Positions 12,701 through 24,120 of a stretch of 64,000 nucleotides of DNA are shown piece after piece. Each line of letters begins with the position of its first letter. Position 1 is the first letter of the stretch. Below the pieces are notes generated by a model. That model ran no database searches, was not told where the DNA came from, and worked only from the letters and a program-made list of their open reading frames with translations. The stretch is from positions 992,001 to 1,056,000 of the forward strand of contig NC_090421.1 of assembly GCF_036365525.1 (NCBI RefSeq), in the 5' to 3' direction. A program made the position numbers and the translations under genes. The stretch is from Heterodontus francisci (lineage: Eukaryota).

Positions 12701-13614
12701 CTTATTCCACAATGGCTCTACAAGGTTCAGCCTGGAGTCGTGGAGACATGACCTCATTAAGCATCCATGAGAAGAGATTAAGTAATATAGTAGACATATA
12801 GTAAATCAATCAAAGCAGGCAGTAGGGAGGTAATCTGGTGTGAATAGATTTGCGTTATGAATGTACTAGGAAGAGATAACTGATCCCCACGGTTTGTCAT
12901 TAGCGAGGGAGATTACTGTGCAGACTCATTGAATGGAGTTTAACCAGACATAGTTTGAAACACGTTGACATAATGACATTATGTTAGGAGGACGTAATTA
13001 AACATACATAAAGATACTGACACCGTTATGCTCCTTGGGGACTTTTTAAATCTGGTCTTGCTGAAGCTTGTGTAAGCAGTTAATGCTTTCGATCTCCTGA
13101 AAGAGGTCCTGGTATGTGATGTATATTTAGCACCTAGAATTCGTATAAAACATTGTGTTCTATGATCTCATTGACTTGATTTAATAAAGAGTATTAACCA
13201 AACGTTTTCAATGTCTCCTAGTCCTCAAACTTGTATTAGAGGTAAAGGATACATGACACTATCCTATAATACCTCCACATGAAGGCAATGAGGATATATA
13301 ACACTATCCAACATAAATCCAACAAGCAGATAGGAACATAGGGACAGGAGTTGTCCATTTAGCTTCTTGAGCCTGTTCCTCCATGCATGAATCCTGGCTG
13401 ATTCTTCTCCTGTCTAATCCAGAGACACAATTGTAGTACCCCAGCTGAAGTATCTCAGGGCAGCTTGTGCACACTTGAGTGTGACACGTCACAAAGTTGG
13501 CAGAGGCCCTGGAGCTGGTACCTTGCCCGTCTTATTAGTGAGGATGACACAAGTGGCATAGAGAGAACTTAAAGAGGAAAGCGCTCGGAATTAAAAGCCA
13601 CGTGGCGTGCTCAC

Positions 13615-13789
13615 CTGATTTAGAAAGTGCGTCTTCCTTCTGAACCTCCAGCCAGTCGAGGTGTTGTATGCAGACTCTACTGTCAATCTGGTAGAGCAGG
13701 GCCGGGCAGATGTAAGTGAACTGCTTTGGGGTAATCTCATGCATGTCACTCATCCCAAAGTTCACCAGGAGCTGGCTCACATTCAAACA
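13615..13789 (-). CDS. SLC39A5: ZIP coding exon 3 (cysteine-flanked core / PAL motif)
   Basis: GACAG/TGT...G/GTGAG, 175 nt, phase 0-1. Encodes CLNVSQLLVNFG...FTYICPALLYQIDSRVCIQH. Confidence 0.93.
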
Positions 13790-14640
13790 CTGTCAACATT
13801 AAAACAGAAATGAGTGGCCATCAGTATCACACTCCTAACACCCTGCTGTGGGTCAATGATCACATTTTTTTCTTCATTTAAGCAGATTATTTTTCTCCTG
13901 TGCATTGTTCTGTTCCTATTGTAACACAATTTGGACTATTACGTGGCAATCAATACTTTGTAATAATTTTGAAATTTCCTCAAGGAAGGCATGTATATAA
14001 AGCACGAGACTGACTGGAATGTTCTGTGGAAATGATTTCAAAACGAGTCATTCTGCAAAGCCAGCTAGCAGCTAGAGATGGATTGAAAGCAGAATGGCTC
14101 TAATATTATACACTGTTTCCACTGCGTGCTGTGGAAAAGCCACTAGAGAATTTACTTGTTTATACATGGAACCATGTCCCAGGAAAGGAGTCACGGGAGT
14201 GAGAAAGGGGGAAAACTTGAAACAGAGAAAGAAAAAGGCTAAATCTGAGCCTATTTCAAAATATGGAACAGACTCCTTTTTACTCAAACATCTGCTGCAA
14301 CATCCATGACAATAATTTTCATTAGATGTTTTCTTGTTATCTTTGCTCCACATCCTAAAGACAACAATGTGGGGGTAAGGATGGCGAGGGTGTCCTTCAA
14401 ACCTAAACTGCCTGATGAGAAATGAGTTTGGATTGGTCCTCTGTTTTATACCTGCCCAATTGAAGCTAATGGAAGTAAAATCAGGATGGGTTGTAAAGCA
14501 GGCAGCTGAACCGGTTCAGTCAGTTCCCCGCTGGGCAGATTCAATCAGAATTAACCCTTCACCTCCTGCCCATATATACATTGATAACTGTAAGAATTTA
14601 AAAATCAAAAGCTGATCCTCTTGATCTTCTTCAGACTCAC

Positions 14641-14869
14641 ATTTCCATGCAAATGGTTGTACTTTGAATGACTCAGGACCTTCTCCGTGGCAGCTGCGCT
14701 GCGGGATTTTGTTGTGTGATGCCGGCCTTTGGGCAATTCCCCATAATGCTCTGCTGCACTGCGCCTCCGCAGTCTCTCCCCGCCTTGGCTGCCCACCCAC
14801 GGGTCTCTTGGAGCATCACGTCGGCCCGAAGTGGAAAGTGTGGTCTTCCCTCCTGTTCTTTTTGGTGAC
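14641..14869 (-). CDS. SLC39A5: ZIP coding exon 2 (variable ectodomain)
   Basis: CTGCAG/G...AAT/GTGAGT, 229 nt, phase 2-0, matching neighbours. Open frame RSPKRTGG...ERLRRRS...YNHLHGN. Confidence 0.8.
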
Positions 14870-15004
14870 CTGCAGACAAGAATTCAAACACAGCTTCATT
14901 ATCAGCTCACGGGGCTGCTGCTGGCTGCAGCAAATCAGTTGGCTCCATTCTTGTCATGTTCTGGTTCTGTTTCATAAAGCAAAAGCACAGGGAATATCAA
15001 ACTC

Positions 15005-15200
15005 CCAGTGGCTCAGTGCGGGTAAATGCATTTCCTGGAGTGGTACTGAGCCGTTCAGTCCAGGAAAGTCTTAAGATTCCATCCCTGCTCGGTGTCGACT
15101 CAAGCTAATCTCAGCTGGGGCAATGGTGCCACAACACTCCCTGATTATGGAGAAGAACCATCAACCAAGATTCCAGCTGTTGGTCACTATCCAAGGTCCC
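15005..15200 (+). mobile_element. Old tRNA-derived SINE (second family); related decayed copies near 21.0, 24.3, 32.0, 40.0 and 50.4 kb
   Basis: GTGGCTCAGT head; shared GGTACTGAGCC...CCAGGAA...GCTGATCTCAG core. Confidence 0.55.
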
Positions 15201-15227
15201 CCATTGGAAAGTACACGTCAGTCAATA

Positions 15228-15335
15228 ATAACAGAAAGTGCTGGAAATACTCAGCAGGTCTGGCAGCATCTGTGGAGAGAGAAATTAACGTTTCAGGTCT
15301 GTGACCTTTCATCAGAACTGGCCAGTTAACGTTAA
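15228..15335 (-). mobile_element. Penelope-derived short element (pLTR end)
   Basis: TGCTGGAAATACTCAGCAGGTCTGGCAGCATCTGTGGAGAGAGAAA motif shared with 29014-29100, 31640-31780, 36537-36690 and 59993-60330. Confidence 0.7.
15283..15319 (-). ncRNA. Minimal type I hammerhead ribozyme motif (Penelope-type, palindromic helix III)
   Basis: Minus strand AGUU-CUGAUGA-A-AGGUC-ACA-GACCU-GAAAC-GUU/AAUU: full core, 5-bp stem II, 4-bp stem I with one GU pair. Confidence 0.65.
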
Positions 15336-15564
15336 ATCTGTATTATTACACTTTTGTCAATGTTGGGCAATAACAGGATCAAACTCATTTTGAGGACTCC
15401 TTGGTGAAGTAGTCAAACAAAACTTATTGTCCGGGATCACATATGGAGAATGAAGACTTGGCTGAGGTAGTGGCATTTATGGACTTGCACCCTGTATAAG
15501 ATGATGGTTATCATAACCATAGTGGTTTATGGTACTGGACTAGTAACTGAAAGGTTGCCAAAGT

Positions 15565-16605
15565 AAGAAAGAATTTGCATTTCAATAGCGCCTTTCACCA
15601 CCTCAGGCCATCCCAAAGCGCTTCACAGCCACTGAAATACTTTTTGAAGTTTGGTCACTGTTGTAATGTAGGAAAGGCAGCAGCTAATTTGCGCAAGCAA
15701 GCTCCCACAAACAGCAATGTGATAAATGATCGGATCATCTGTTTTTAGTGATATTGGTTGTATTGTCCTTGGACAGCAGGAAGAACTCCCCTGCCCATCT
15801 TTGAATAGTGGTTGCGAGATCTTTGATATCCACCTGAGAGGGCCTCAGTTTAACATCACATCCAAAAGATGGCAACTCCAACAGTGCAACACTCCCTCAG
15901 TACTGACCCTCCAACAATGTGACGCTCCCTCAGTACTGACCCTCCGACAGTGCTGCGCTCCCTCAGTACTGACCCTCCGACACTGCGGCGCTCCCTCAGT
16001 ACTGACCCTCCGACACTGCGGCGCTCCCTCAGTACTGACCCTCCGACAGTGCGGCGCTCCCTCAGTACTGACCCTCCGACAGTGCGGCGCTCCCTCAGTA
16101 CTGACCCTCCGACAGTGCGGCGCTCCCTCAGTACTGACCCTCCGACAGTGCGGCGCTCCCTCAGTACTGACCCTCCGACAGTGCGGCGCTCCCTCAGTAC
16201 TGACCCTCCGACAGTGCGGCGCTCCCTCAGTACTGACCCTCCGACAGTGCGGCGCTCCCTCAGTACTGACCCTCCGACAGTGCGGCGCTCCCTCAGTACT
16301 GACCCTCCGACAGCGCGGCGCTCCCTCAGTACTGACCCTCCGACAGCGCGGCGCTCCCTCAGTACTGACCCTCCGACAGCGCGGCGCTCCCTCAGTACTG
16401 ACCCTCCGACAGTGCGGCGCTCCCTCAGTACTGACCCTCCGACAGCGCGGCGCTCCCTCAGTACTGACCCTCCGACAGCGCGGCGCTCCCTCAGTACTGC
16501 ACTGAAGTATCAGCCTAGATTTTGCCCTTGTCTCTGGTGTGGGTGGCTTGAACCCACAATCTTCTCACTCAGAGGCAAAAGTACTACCCACTGAGCCAAG
16601 CTGAC
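15565..16605 (-). mobile_element. DeuSINE with expanded 33-bp array
   Basis: tRNA head at 16540-16600; Deu core and tail at 15565-15885. Confidence 0.85.
15880..16500 (-). repeat. 33-bp tandem array, ~18-19 copies
   Basis: Unit CTCCCTCAGTACTGACCCTCCGACAGTGCGGCG. Confidence 0.95.
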
Positions 16606-16859
16606 ACCTCACATCCAAGCTTAAATGCGCCATGACAAGTTGTGAACACGACATTGGCAAAACTGACCAGTTGTGGGATTGCAACAGAAAAAATGGAAGG
16701 GAAACGCCTTTTGAATGTACTGACCAGGAAACATCCAATAGCAGCACAAAGTCAGCATCATTGTCCTTATAAACCTAAAATTAGATCTTGTTCAAAAAAA
16801 AAACTTAGAGAACAGCAACGCCCCTTGACCCCACTTAGCGACAGACTAGTTTTACTTAC

Positions 16860-17377
16860 CTTGAGGTGGAGACCGTGGTGGAGCTTCCGCTCGGGAATTC
16901 TGGGTGGTGGGGCCCTAGACTGTGCTCACTGTCCTTAGTCAACATGGAGATATGGTCTGTTGTGGTGTGGCTATGCATATGCTTTTTTTCCTGCAAGTCC
17001 AGAACGTCCAGGTGCAAGACGTGGTTGTGCCCCAGGTCCTCATGCTCGATCTCCACCACCTGCACTTCGCCCAGGCCCAGGTTCATGAGCAACTTGTGGA
17101 GTCCGTCAAAGGACAGCTTCCCATTCTCTCCGTAATGCCTGAAGAGCTGCAGCAGATAGTAGCGCTGCTCCGACAGAGCATGAGAGACTGTCCCTCTCCT
17201 GCCCACTGGTCTGTTGGTGGGGACAGCATCAGATTCTGCTTCCAGAAACTCATTATGCTTATGATTGTGCCTCGTTCGAACTCTGTGGGCCTCACTGTGG
17301 GCTTTACAGTGATGTCCATGATCCATCCAAACAGCCAGCAACCCAATAAGAAAAACAGTCCAGATCCCACACTTCAT
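16860..17377 (-). CDS. SLC39A5: ZIP coding exon 1 (signal peptide, His-rich ectodomain); exon acceptor at 17391
   Basis: TTTGCAG/GTGACAGCAGAAGA-ATG; donor AG/GTAAGT, phase 2. Encodes MKCGIWTVFLIGLLAVW (signal-like) and QRYYLLQLFRHYGENGKLSFDGLHKLLMNLGLGEV, typical of ZIP5/6/10. Confidence 0.88.
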
Positions 17378-17407
17378 TCTTCTGCTGTCACCTGCAAATG
17401 AATACAA

Positions 17408-18720
17408 AAGCATTTCTATAGCGCCTTTCATCATCTCAAGACATCCCAAAGCGCTTTACAACCAATGAAGTAATTTTGAAGTGTAGTTCACTGTTGTAAT
17501 ATAGGAAACATGGCAGCCAATTTGTGCACAGCAAGATCCCACAAGCAGCAATGAGATAATGAACAGATAATCTGTTTTTTTAGTGACATTGGTTGAGGGA
17601 TAAATATTGGCTCGAGGCTACCGGGGAGAATGCCCCTCCACCCCATCCCACTCTTCTTCCAATAGTGGCTGTGTGATCTTTAATGTCCAGCTGAGAGGGC
17701 AGAATGGGCCTCGGTTTAATGACTGATCTGAAAGACAGTGTCACTATCATGCTGGGCCCCCACTTGCCAAGAATGAGGCACATTAATTTTGTTATGCACA
17801 TTGATTTTAAGCTGTTACTGGAGTGAAGAAAGGACTTGTTAAACAGATCAGCCATAGCTGGAAAAGACATTTGCATATTAACAGACAGTGATTGGAAGGA
17901 CAAAGGACCATTCCCTGACACATTCAACCCACAATGGGCCTTGACCACCAGGTATTCCAGAGACTGCTAAGGTGATACAATCCAAGACGTGGTCAGACCA
18001 GTTAGTCACATGACTAACCTGCTTGGCAACCTGGATTTTTCTGAATTGTACAAACAGTTTGAACTCAGAAAGTCTGTTTACTCCTGGGACTGAAGATCTT
18101 TCCTGTCTGCTCCCATCTCTTTCTCACAAGCCTCTGAATCCACTGAAGCCACATGAACCCCAAGAGAGAAAAGTCTCCTACAGCGAACAAGGTTTAAGAA
18201 GAATACTGGGCCCGAACGAAAAGCAAGATCTACCTACAATCAAGGACTCTACAGCAAGCTCGATGAAACGTAACAACAACTCTTCAGATATTGCCTCAAA
18301 CTTCTCCACTTTATTTTTTCTGCTCTTTTCTGTCTCTATTTGCATGTGTGTATTACGTATGCATGCTAGCGTGGGCACGTTGTATATCCGAAGGCGTTAA
18401 CCGAAATAGAGTTTAAGTTTACTAAATTTCAACTTTTCTTCTTTAAACCTAAGAAAAACTGTTTGTGCTGGTTTCTTTGCCATATAATTGGAAAGCGGTG
18501 AACAAGGATTCACCAAGAGGGAGCTAAAAACACGGTGTGTTTAAAAATTAAACCCTGTTACAGTAAGACCAGGTGAAGGCTGAGAGGGAACCCTAGACAC
18601 CTTTCTCACTGGTTGGAACAGCCACACTCCCTCAGTACTGCACCAGGAGTATCAGCCTGTGGGCTCAAGTCTCTGGAATGGGGCTTGAACCCATGACCTT
18701 CTGAATCAGAGGTGAGTAAG
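17408..18720 (-). mobile_element. DeuSINE interrupted by a solo LTR
   Basis: Tail and core at 17408-17744; remainder and tRNA head at 18621-18720. Confidence 0.8.
17745..18620. mobile_element. Solo LTR (~876 bp), probably Gypsy-type
   Basis: Cleanly interrupts a SINE. Termini TATCAT (decayed TGT)...GGAACA; flanks GTCAC/GCCAC as an imperfect 5-bp TSD. Confidence 0.65.
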
Positions 18721-18909
18721 AGGCATCAAAAAGTGTCAAAATCAGAGACACCTTTAAACTAGTACAAGGGAGTCTGATTCCAAATAGGTCAGATGTAATT
18801 TCCCTGTTCACATGTGAAAAATGACCAGTTGAGAAGCTGCCAAAAGGCCTCCATGGGACTGTATCCAGGGAAGAGTCACTGCCTGCAGGGTAGGGAAGGA
18901 AACAGGGAG

Positions 18910-19378
18910 AACTTCTCTGGAGTTTAGAAGAATGAGAGGTGATCTCATTGAAACGTATGAAATTCTGAGGGGGTTTGACAGGGTAGATACCGAGAGGCTG
19001 TTTCCACCACCCCACCCCCCCCCCACCCCCGCCCCCGCCAGGCTGAAGAGTCTAGAACTGGGAAGAGTGGGAGGGGGGGTCACAGTCTCAGGATAAGGGG
19101 TCGGCTGTTTAGGACTGAGACGGGGGAGAAATTTCTTCACTCGGAGGGTTGTGAATCTTTGGAATTCTCTACCCCAGAGGGCTGTGGATTGCTCAGTCAT
19201 TGAGTATATTCAAGACGGAGATCGATGGATTTTTGAGGATACTGAGGGAATCAAGGGATATGGGAATGGGACAAAAAGTGGAGTTGAAACAGAAGATCAG
19301 CTGCGATCTTACTGAATAGCAGAGGAGGCTCAAGGGACCGAATGGACTACTCCTGCTCCTTTTTCTAATGTTCTTAAC
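18910..19378 (+). mobile_element. CR1 LINE 3' fragment
   Basis: SLEFRRMRGDLIETYEILRGFDRVD remnant plus 3' UTR. Confidence 0.85.
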
Positions 19379-20544
19379 ATTGGAATAAAAACAGGCCGGA
19401 TGTGTGAGATGAAAAGATAAGGTCATCGGGTGATCAAATTGTGCTGATATTGTGCAAGTTGTACAATGTGATGAGGAGGTTTTGCGCTGGGGATTTGCCA
19501 CTTTGTCGTGGGCAGCAATGTGCACCTGTGTCATTTTGGCAAGGCTGCTCTCGAGGTAACGCGTGCAACACAAACGTGGAAAGATACTGCCTGGCAAGGT
19601 GCAACTGCTTCTTTAATTGTCAAATAGATTGTTTGCAATGAGTGAACTTTGACGTTTACAACCTGTAATTGAGAATTGAGCGCAGTCTTGTGAAAAGCCT
19701 ATTGTTTACAGCAGGTCATCAGCTTCACCCAATCACTGCTGAACAAAGTGTTTTTTTTTTATAAAGGTGTTATAAACTCTTGTGAAACACAAAAAAAACA
19801 AGTTTATGCTGCAGTCCTTTTTCTCTGTTTGCAGCCTCGCCATGGCCTGTATTTTCAATTCTGTGAACCATCAGCCACTTAAAAGGCTCTATTGGTTGGG
19901 GGGCTTATAGCCCCCCAGCTTATAGCAGAGGAAGAATGAGACAGTCTATGTTCTATTGAGCAAGTTATTCACATTCTGAAAATTCTGCATTGTATCACAT
20001 ACCAGCTCCACTGTTACAACCTATCTGTTTTGGGCTGCTGTGTTGAGGGAGATTAGACACATGTTGGGCTCTGTTTATCTCAACCCATTTCAGTGTCCAC
20101 CACAACTGGTGACGATTGCCCAGGACCTCAGTTTGGACCAGCTAACTTCTATATGTTGTTCAGTGCTGTGCCAGGTCTTGTGGTACCAAAACGTGCTGTG
20201 AATGATGTCTACTTGAGCTGAATAGGATTCAGCTCACACTGTGGTTCCATCAGGTCAAACTCCTGGAGCACCTCGCCCAGAGGAGTTCCAGCAAATTGTT
20301 TCCCACAACCAAAACTGGGTGATCGAGTCCCCTCTTCTCCCAGACTGTAACTACCCCACCCTCATAGACCCTTTCATGCCAAGGCCAATACATCCTTCCT
20401 AAGGTGCGATGCCCAGAAATGAACACAATACTCCAGATGTCTGCACATCAGGTAGGGACATCATCCATCTACTTTGTCGTGTCCGCCAGTCAAACAGCCT
20501 GCCAAAACTTGCTGTCAAAGCACACACAAGAATGACTGTTATAT

Positions 20545-20905
20545 TAACTTGCATTTATATAGCGCCTTTAATGTCCACAAGACATCCCAAAGCAGTTTAC
20601 AGCCAATGAAGTACCTTTTGAAGTGTAGTCACTGTTGTAATGTAGAAAATGCGGCAGTCAATTTGTGCACAGCAAGCTCCCACAAACAGCAATAACAGGG
20701 AGAACGGCCCAGCTCTTCTTTGAATTAGTGGCCGTGGGATCTTTTACGTCCACCTAAGAGGGCAGATAGAACCTCACTTTAACAGCTCTTCTGAAAGATG
20801 GCATCTCTGACAGTGCAGCACTCCCTCAGTACTGCACTGGGAATGTCAGCCTATGTACACAATTCTCTGGAGTAGGACTTGAATTCACAACCTTCTGACT
20901 CAGCA
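20545..20905 (-). mobile_element. DeuSINE with a single (unexpanded) 33-bp segment
   Basis: Same family as 15565-16605. Confidence 0.8.
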
Positions 20906-21999
20906 AGGAGTCAATCCCTTCAGAAGAGAAAATAAACTCTCTGTTCAGGACTGACAAAGCTGTGCCTTAGGTGTCTGTGGACCACTGTGGCACTGAAGAA
21001 CTTAGAACTACGCCAAGCAGTGCATTTACCCAGTGAGCCATTGCAAGCGGACCCACCCCACTCCACCCGAAGTGAGTGCTAGTACACAACATAGCAACCC
21101 AAGGCACATCTTTACCTGTGCTGAGTTGGACTCTCTCAGCCAGGGTAGCTGGTGGCATTCTGCAATTGGCTTAGGTGTCTCTTTGGACTGGGGTTGGGAT
21201 GGCCTTCAAAAGCCTGATCACTATTGAGTGACTAAAGTTTGCTGGAAAACATGTCTGTGTGGAGCTCCTGCTCAGCTGGTCAAACAGTACTTACTGCCCA
21301 GTCTCATTTCTCTTCAAACTGAGAGACCTGGGTGAAGAACAGATACATGGGTAAAGTACCAGAATGCTGGACATCCATTTGTAACATGGGTCGGCACCTC
21401 TGCGAGAATAGGGGAGATGTATTAACTCTGGAATATATAGAGATCTTGATTGGGTGGGGGTGGGGGTGGAGAATGAATTCTTCTCTGTTATTAGGAACTG
21501 AATCAACAATGAATCTTTGCAGAGACCATAAGCACGTCGTGACCCACACAATACGAGACAGTTGAAAGGTAGGATTCTTGCTGGGATTTCTTTTTAGCAC
21601 TTTGTTCTTCACAGACAGTCATGTGTTACCCAGCTGACCAGGAGAATTTCTGATTCAGTAATTTCTTTTTGCATGTATCCAACACATGCCCCAAACTTTC
21701 CAAACCATGTTCAGGCCACATTATACAATCAACCTACTATAAGATCCTTGACCCGGTGTTCAAGTCTTTCCATGGCCTCACCACACCCTAACCCCTGTGA
21801 TCTCCTCAGTCATGTATCCCTCTGCCACCAGATTAACCTTCGTCCTTCACCAGCAGCCATGCTTTCACCCATTATGTCCCTGTCCTCTTGCACCCCTTCC
21901 CCATATCCCTTAACCTCAGCATCTTCCTTTCCTGCTTTAAAAGCTTCCTAAACCTTCTCTCGAACTGGGTTTTCACACTTTTGTTTTCCTCATTTTATC

Positions 22000-22755
22000 C
22001 CCGGGGCTGAAAGGATTAAATTACAAGGATGGGTTGCATAGACTGTGCTTGTATTCCCTCGAGTGTAAAAGATTAAGATTAATATCTGATCGCGATATTG
22101 AAGATGATTAAAGGGTTCGATAGAGAGAAACTATTTCCTCTGGTGTGAGGGGAGAGTCCGGAACAAGGGGGGTAGAACCTGAAAATTAGAGCCAGCGCCG
22201 TTCAGGGGTGATGTCAGGAAGCACATCTTCACACAGAGGGGGAGTGGAAATCTGGAACTCTCTCCCCCAAAAAGCTGTCGAGGCCTGGGGGTCAATTGGA
22301 TTTGACAGATTTTTTATTAGTGAGGGGTAGTAAGGATTACGGAACGGCTGAATGGTCTTCTCCTGTTCCTGTGTAACAGGCTCGAGGGGCTGAATGGCCT
22401 CCTCCTGTTCCTGTATAACAGGCCCGAGGGGCTGAATGGCCTCCTCCTGTTCCTGTGTAACAGGCCCGAGGAGGGGCTGAATGGCCTCCTCCTGTTCCTG
22501 TGTAACAGGCTCGAGGAGGGGCTGAATGGCCTCCTCCTGTTCCTGTGTAACAGGCTCGAGGAGGGGCTGAATGGCCTCCTCCTGTTCCTGTGCAACAGGC
22601 TCGAGGAGGGGCTGAATGGCCTCCTCCTGTTCCTGTGTAACAGGCTCGAGGAGGGGCTGAATGGCCTCCTCCTGTTCCTGTGTAACAGGCTCGAGAGGCT
22701 GAATGGCCTCCTCCTGTTCCTGTGTAACAGGCCCGAGGAGGGGCTGAATGGCTGA
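22000..22755 (+). mobile_element. CR1 3' fragment ending in a tandemly repeated tail
   Basis: RT C-terminal remnant followed by repeated GGGCTGAATGGCCTCCTCCTGTTCCTG. Confidence 0.8.
22345..22752 (+). repeat. 42/45-bp tandem array, ~9-10 copies
   Basis: Unit GTAACAGGCTCGAGGAGGGGCTGAATGGCCTCCTCCTGTTCCTGT. Confidence 0.95.
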
Positions 22756-23634
22756 ATGAAAGGCGGAGGGGAGAAAACAAAGTGCTCTGACATTCTTTGC
22801 TTGGGCAACACTGTAGACATGCAAGGTTTTGAATCCAATTAAGTCTCCACTTGCACATTTTGTCAACATTTGCCAGTCTGAAATAAAATTGTAAAAAAAA
22901 TCTTTATGATTAATTTCTCAGTATAAAACCACAGAGAGTTCATCTGTGCTCTCAGGATGATTGCCAGTGATGGAGCTTTGAGAGGCTTAGTGTTATAGAC
23001 AAGGGCAAGGAAAGGCTGAACTCCGCTCCCCACTCCCAATTCACATGAACAGTCACGTTCTCAAGCTTGTGATTCAAGAGAAAGAGGTGATTGTGTCTGT
23101 CAGCCAAACTGCTCCAATCCTCAGCGAGAAGAAAAGCTTCAGGAGCCCAGGAGAGGGAAGGGGGGAGGAATCGGAGGGTAAAAACTGGAGAGAAAGAAAA
23201 CCAGGGCATCTGGACTGTGGCTCCCAACTTTCTTGCACGAACCTATTATGAGACATTAATTATACTACGCACCAGGTTAGGAGATAAATACACACTGGGT
23301 TCCCAGGGTCCTGTTACAATGAGGATGGAGCCATTTAAAAATATCTAGATTTTATTTTCTTGGCTCCCTCTTTTTGATTTCCTGGGACACATCTGAAAGG
23401 ATCAAGCAGATAACCTAAGCCTAGGTCTCTGCCAGCGTTGTCTAAAACTGGTTACTATGAGCTGTCCAAGAACCGTCTCAGGTTCTTTTCCCCGTGGTGC
23501 TCACTCACTGCCTCCCCACAACTCCACAGCGAAGAGCAAAAATGCAACACACTTAGCCAAATTTTATTTTATTCAATTTGCTCACCAGTTTCCACCCCTT
23601 ACCCTTCTTCCCCTGACTGGGGTCACCCACACTA

Positions 23635-24120
23635 GAGTTACATAGTCTATAGCACAGAGACAGGCCATTCGGCCCATCTGCTCCATGCTGATGTTTCTGC
23701 TCCATACGAGCCTCCGCCCTCCCCCTACTTCATCTCCCCCCCCCCCCCCGCTCCCCCCCCAATCCTTCTATTCCTTTCTCCCTCGTGTGTTTATCCAGCT
23801 TCCCCCCCTTTAAATGTATCTACGCCGTTCACCTCAACCCACTCCCTGTGGCAGCGAGTCCCCACATTCTCACCGCTCTCTGGGTGAAGACGTTTCTCCT
23901 GAATTCCCTGATTGGATTTATTAGCGACTGTCTTATATTGATGGCCTCTAGCCATAAGTAGAAATATCTTTACATCTACTCTATCAAAACCCTTTCACAA
24001 TTTTAAAGACCTTTATCAGGTCACCCTTCAGTCTTCTCTTTTCTAGAGAAAAGAGCCCCAGCCTGTTCAGACTTTCCTGAGAAGTATATCCTTTCCGTTC
24101 TGGTATCATCCTTGTGAATG
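23635..24120 (-). mobile_element. CR1 3' fragment
   Basis: AGCACAGAGACAGGCCATTCGGCCC end; ATCAGGTCACCC is the reverse of the RGDLI codons. Confidence 0.75.

Noticed and set aside
17378-17449. N-terminal extension MGCLEMMKGAIEMLLYSFAG of the ZIP ORF
   Set aside because: Mostly SINE/intron sequence upstream of the acceptor at 17391; ATG 17377 precedes the signal peptide.
22186-22869. EPVTQEQEEAIQPLL-repeat ORFs (also 32499-33168)
   Set aside because: Translations of the 45-bp CR1-tail arrays.
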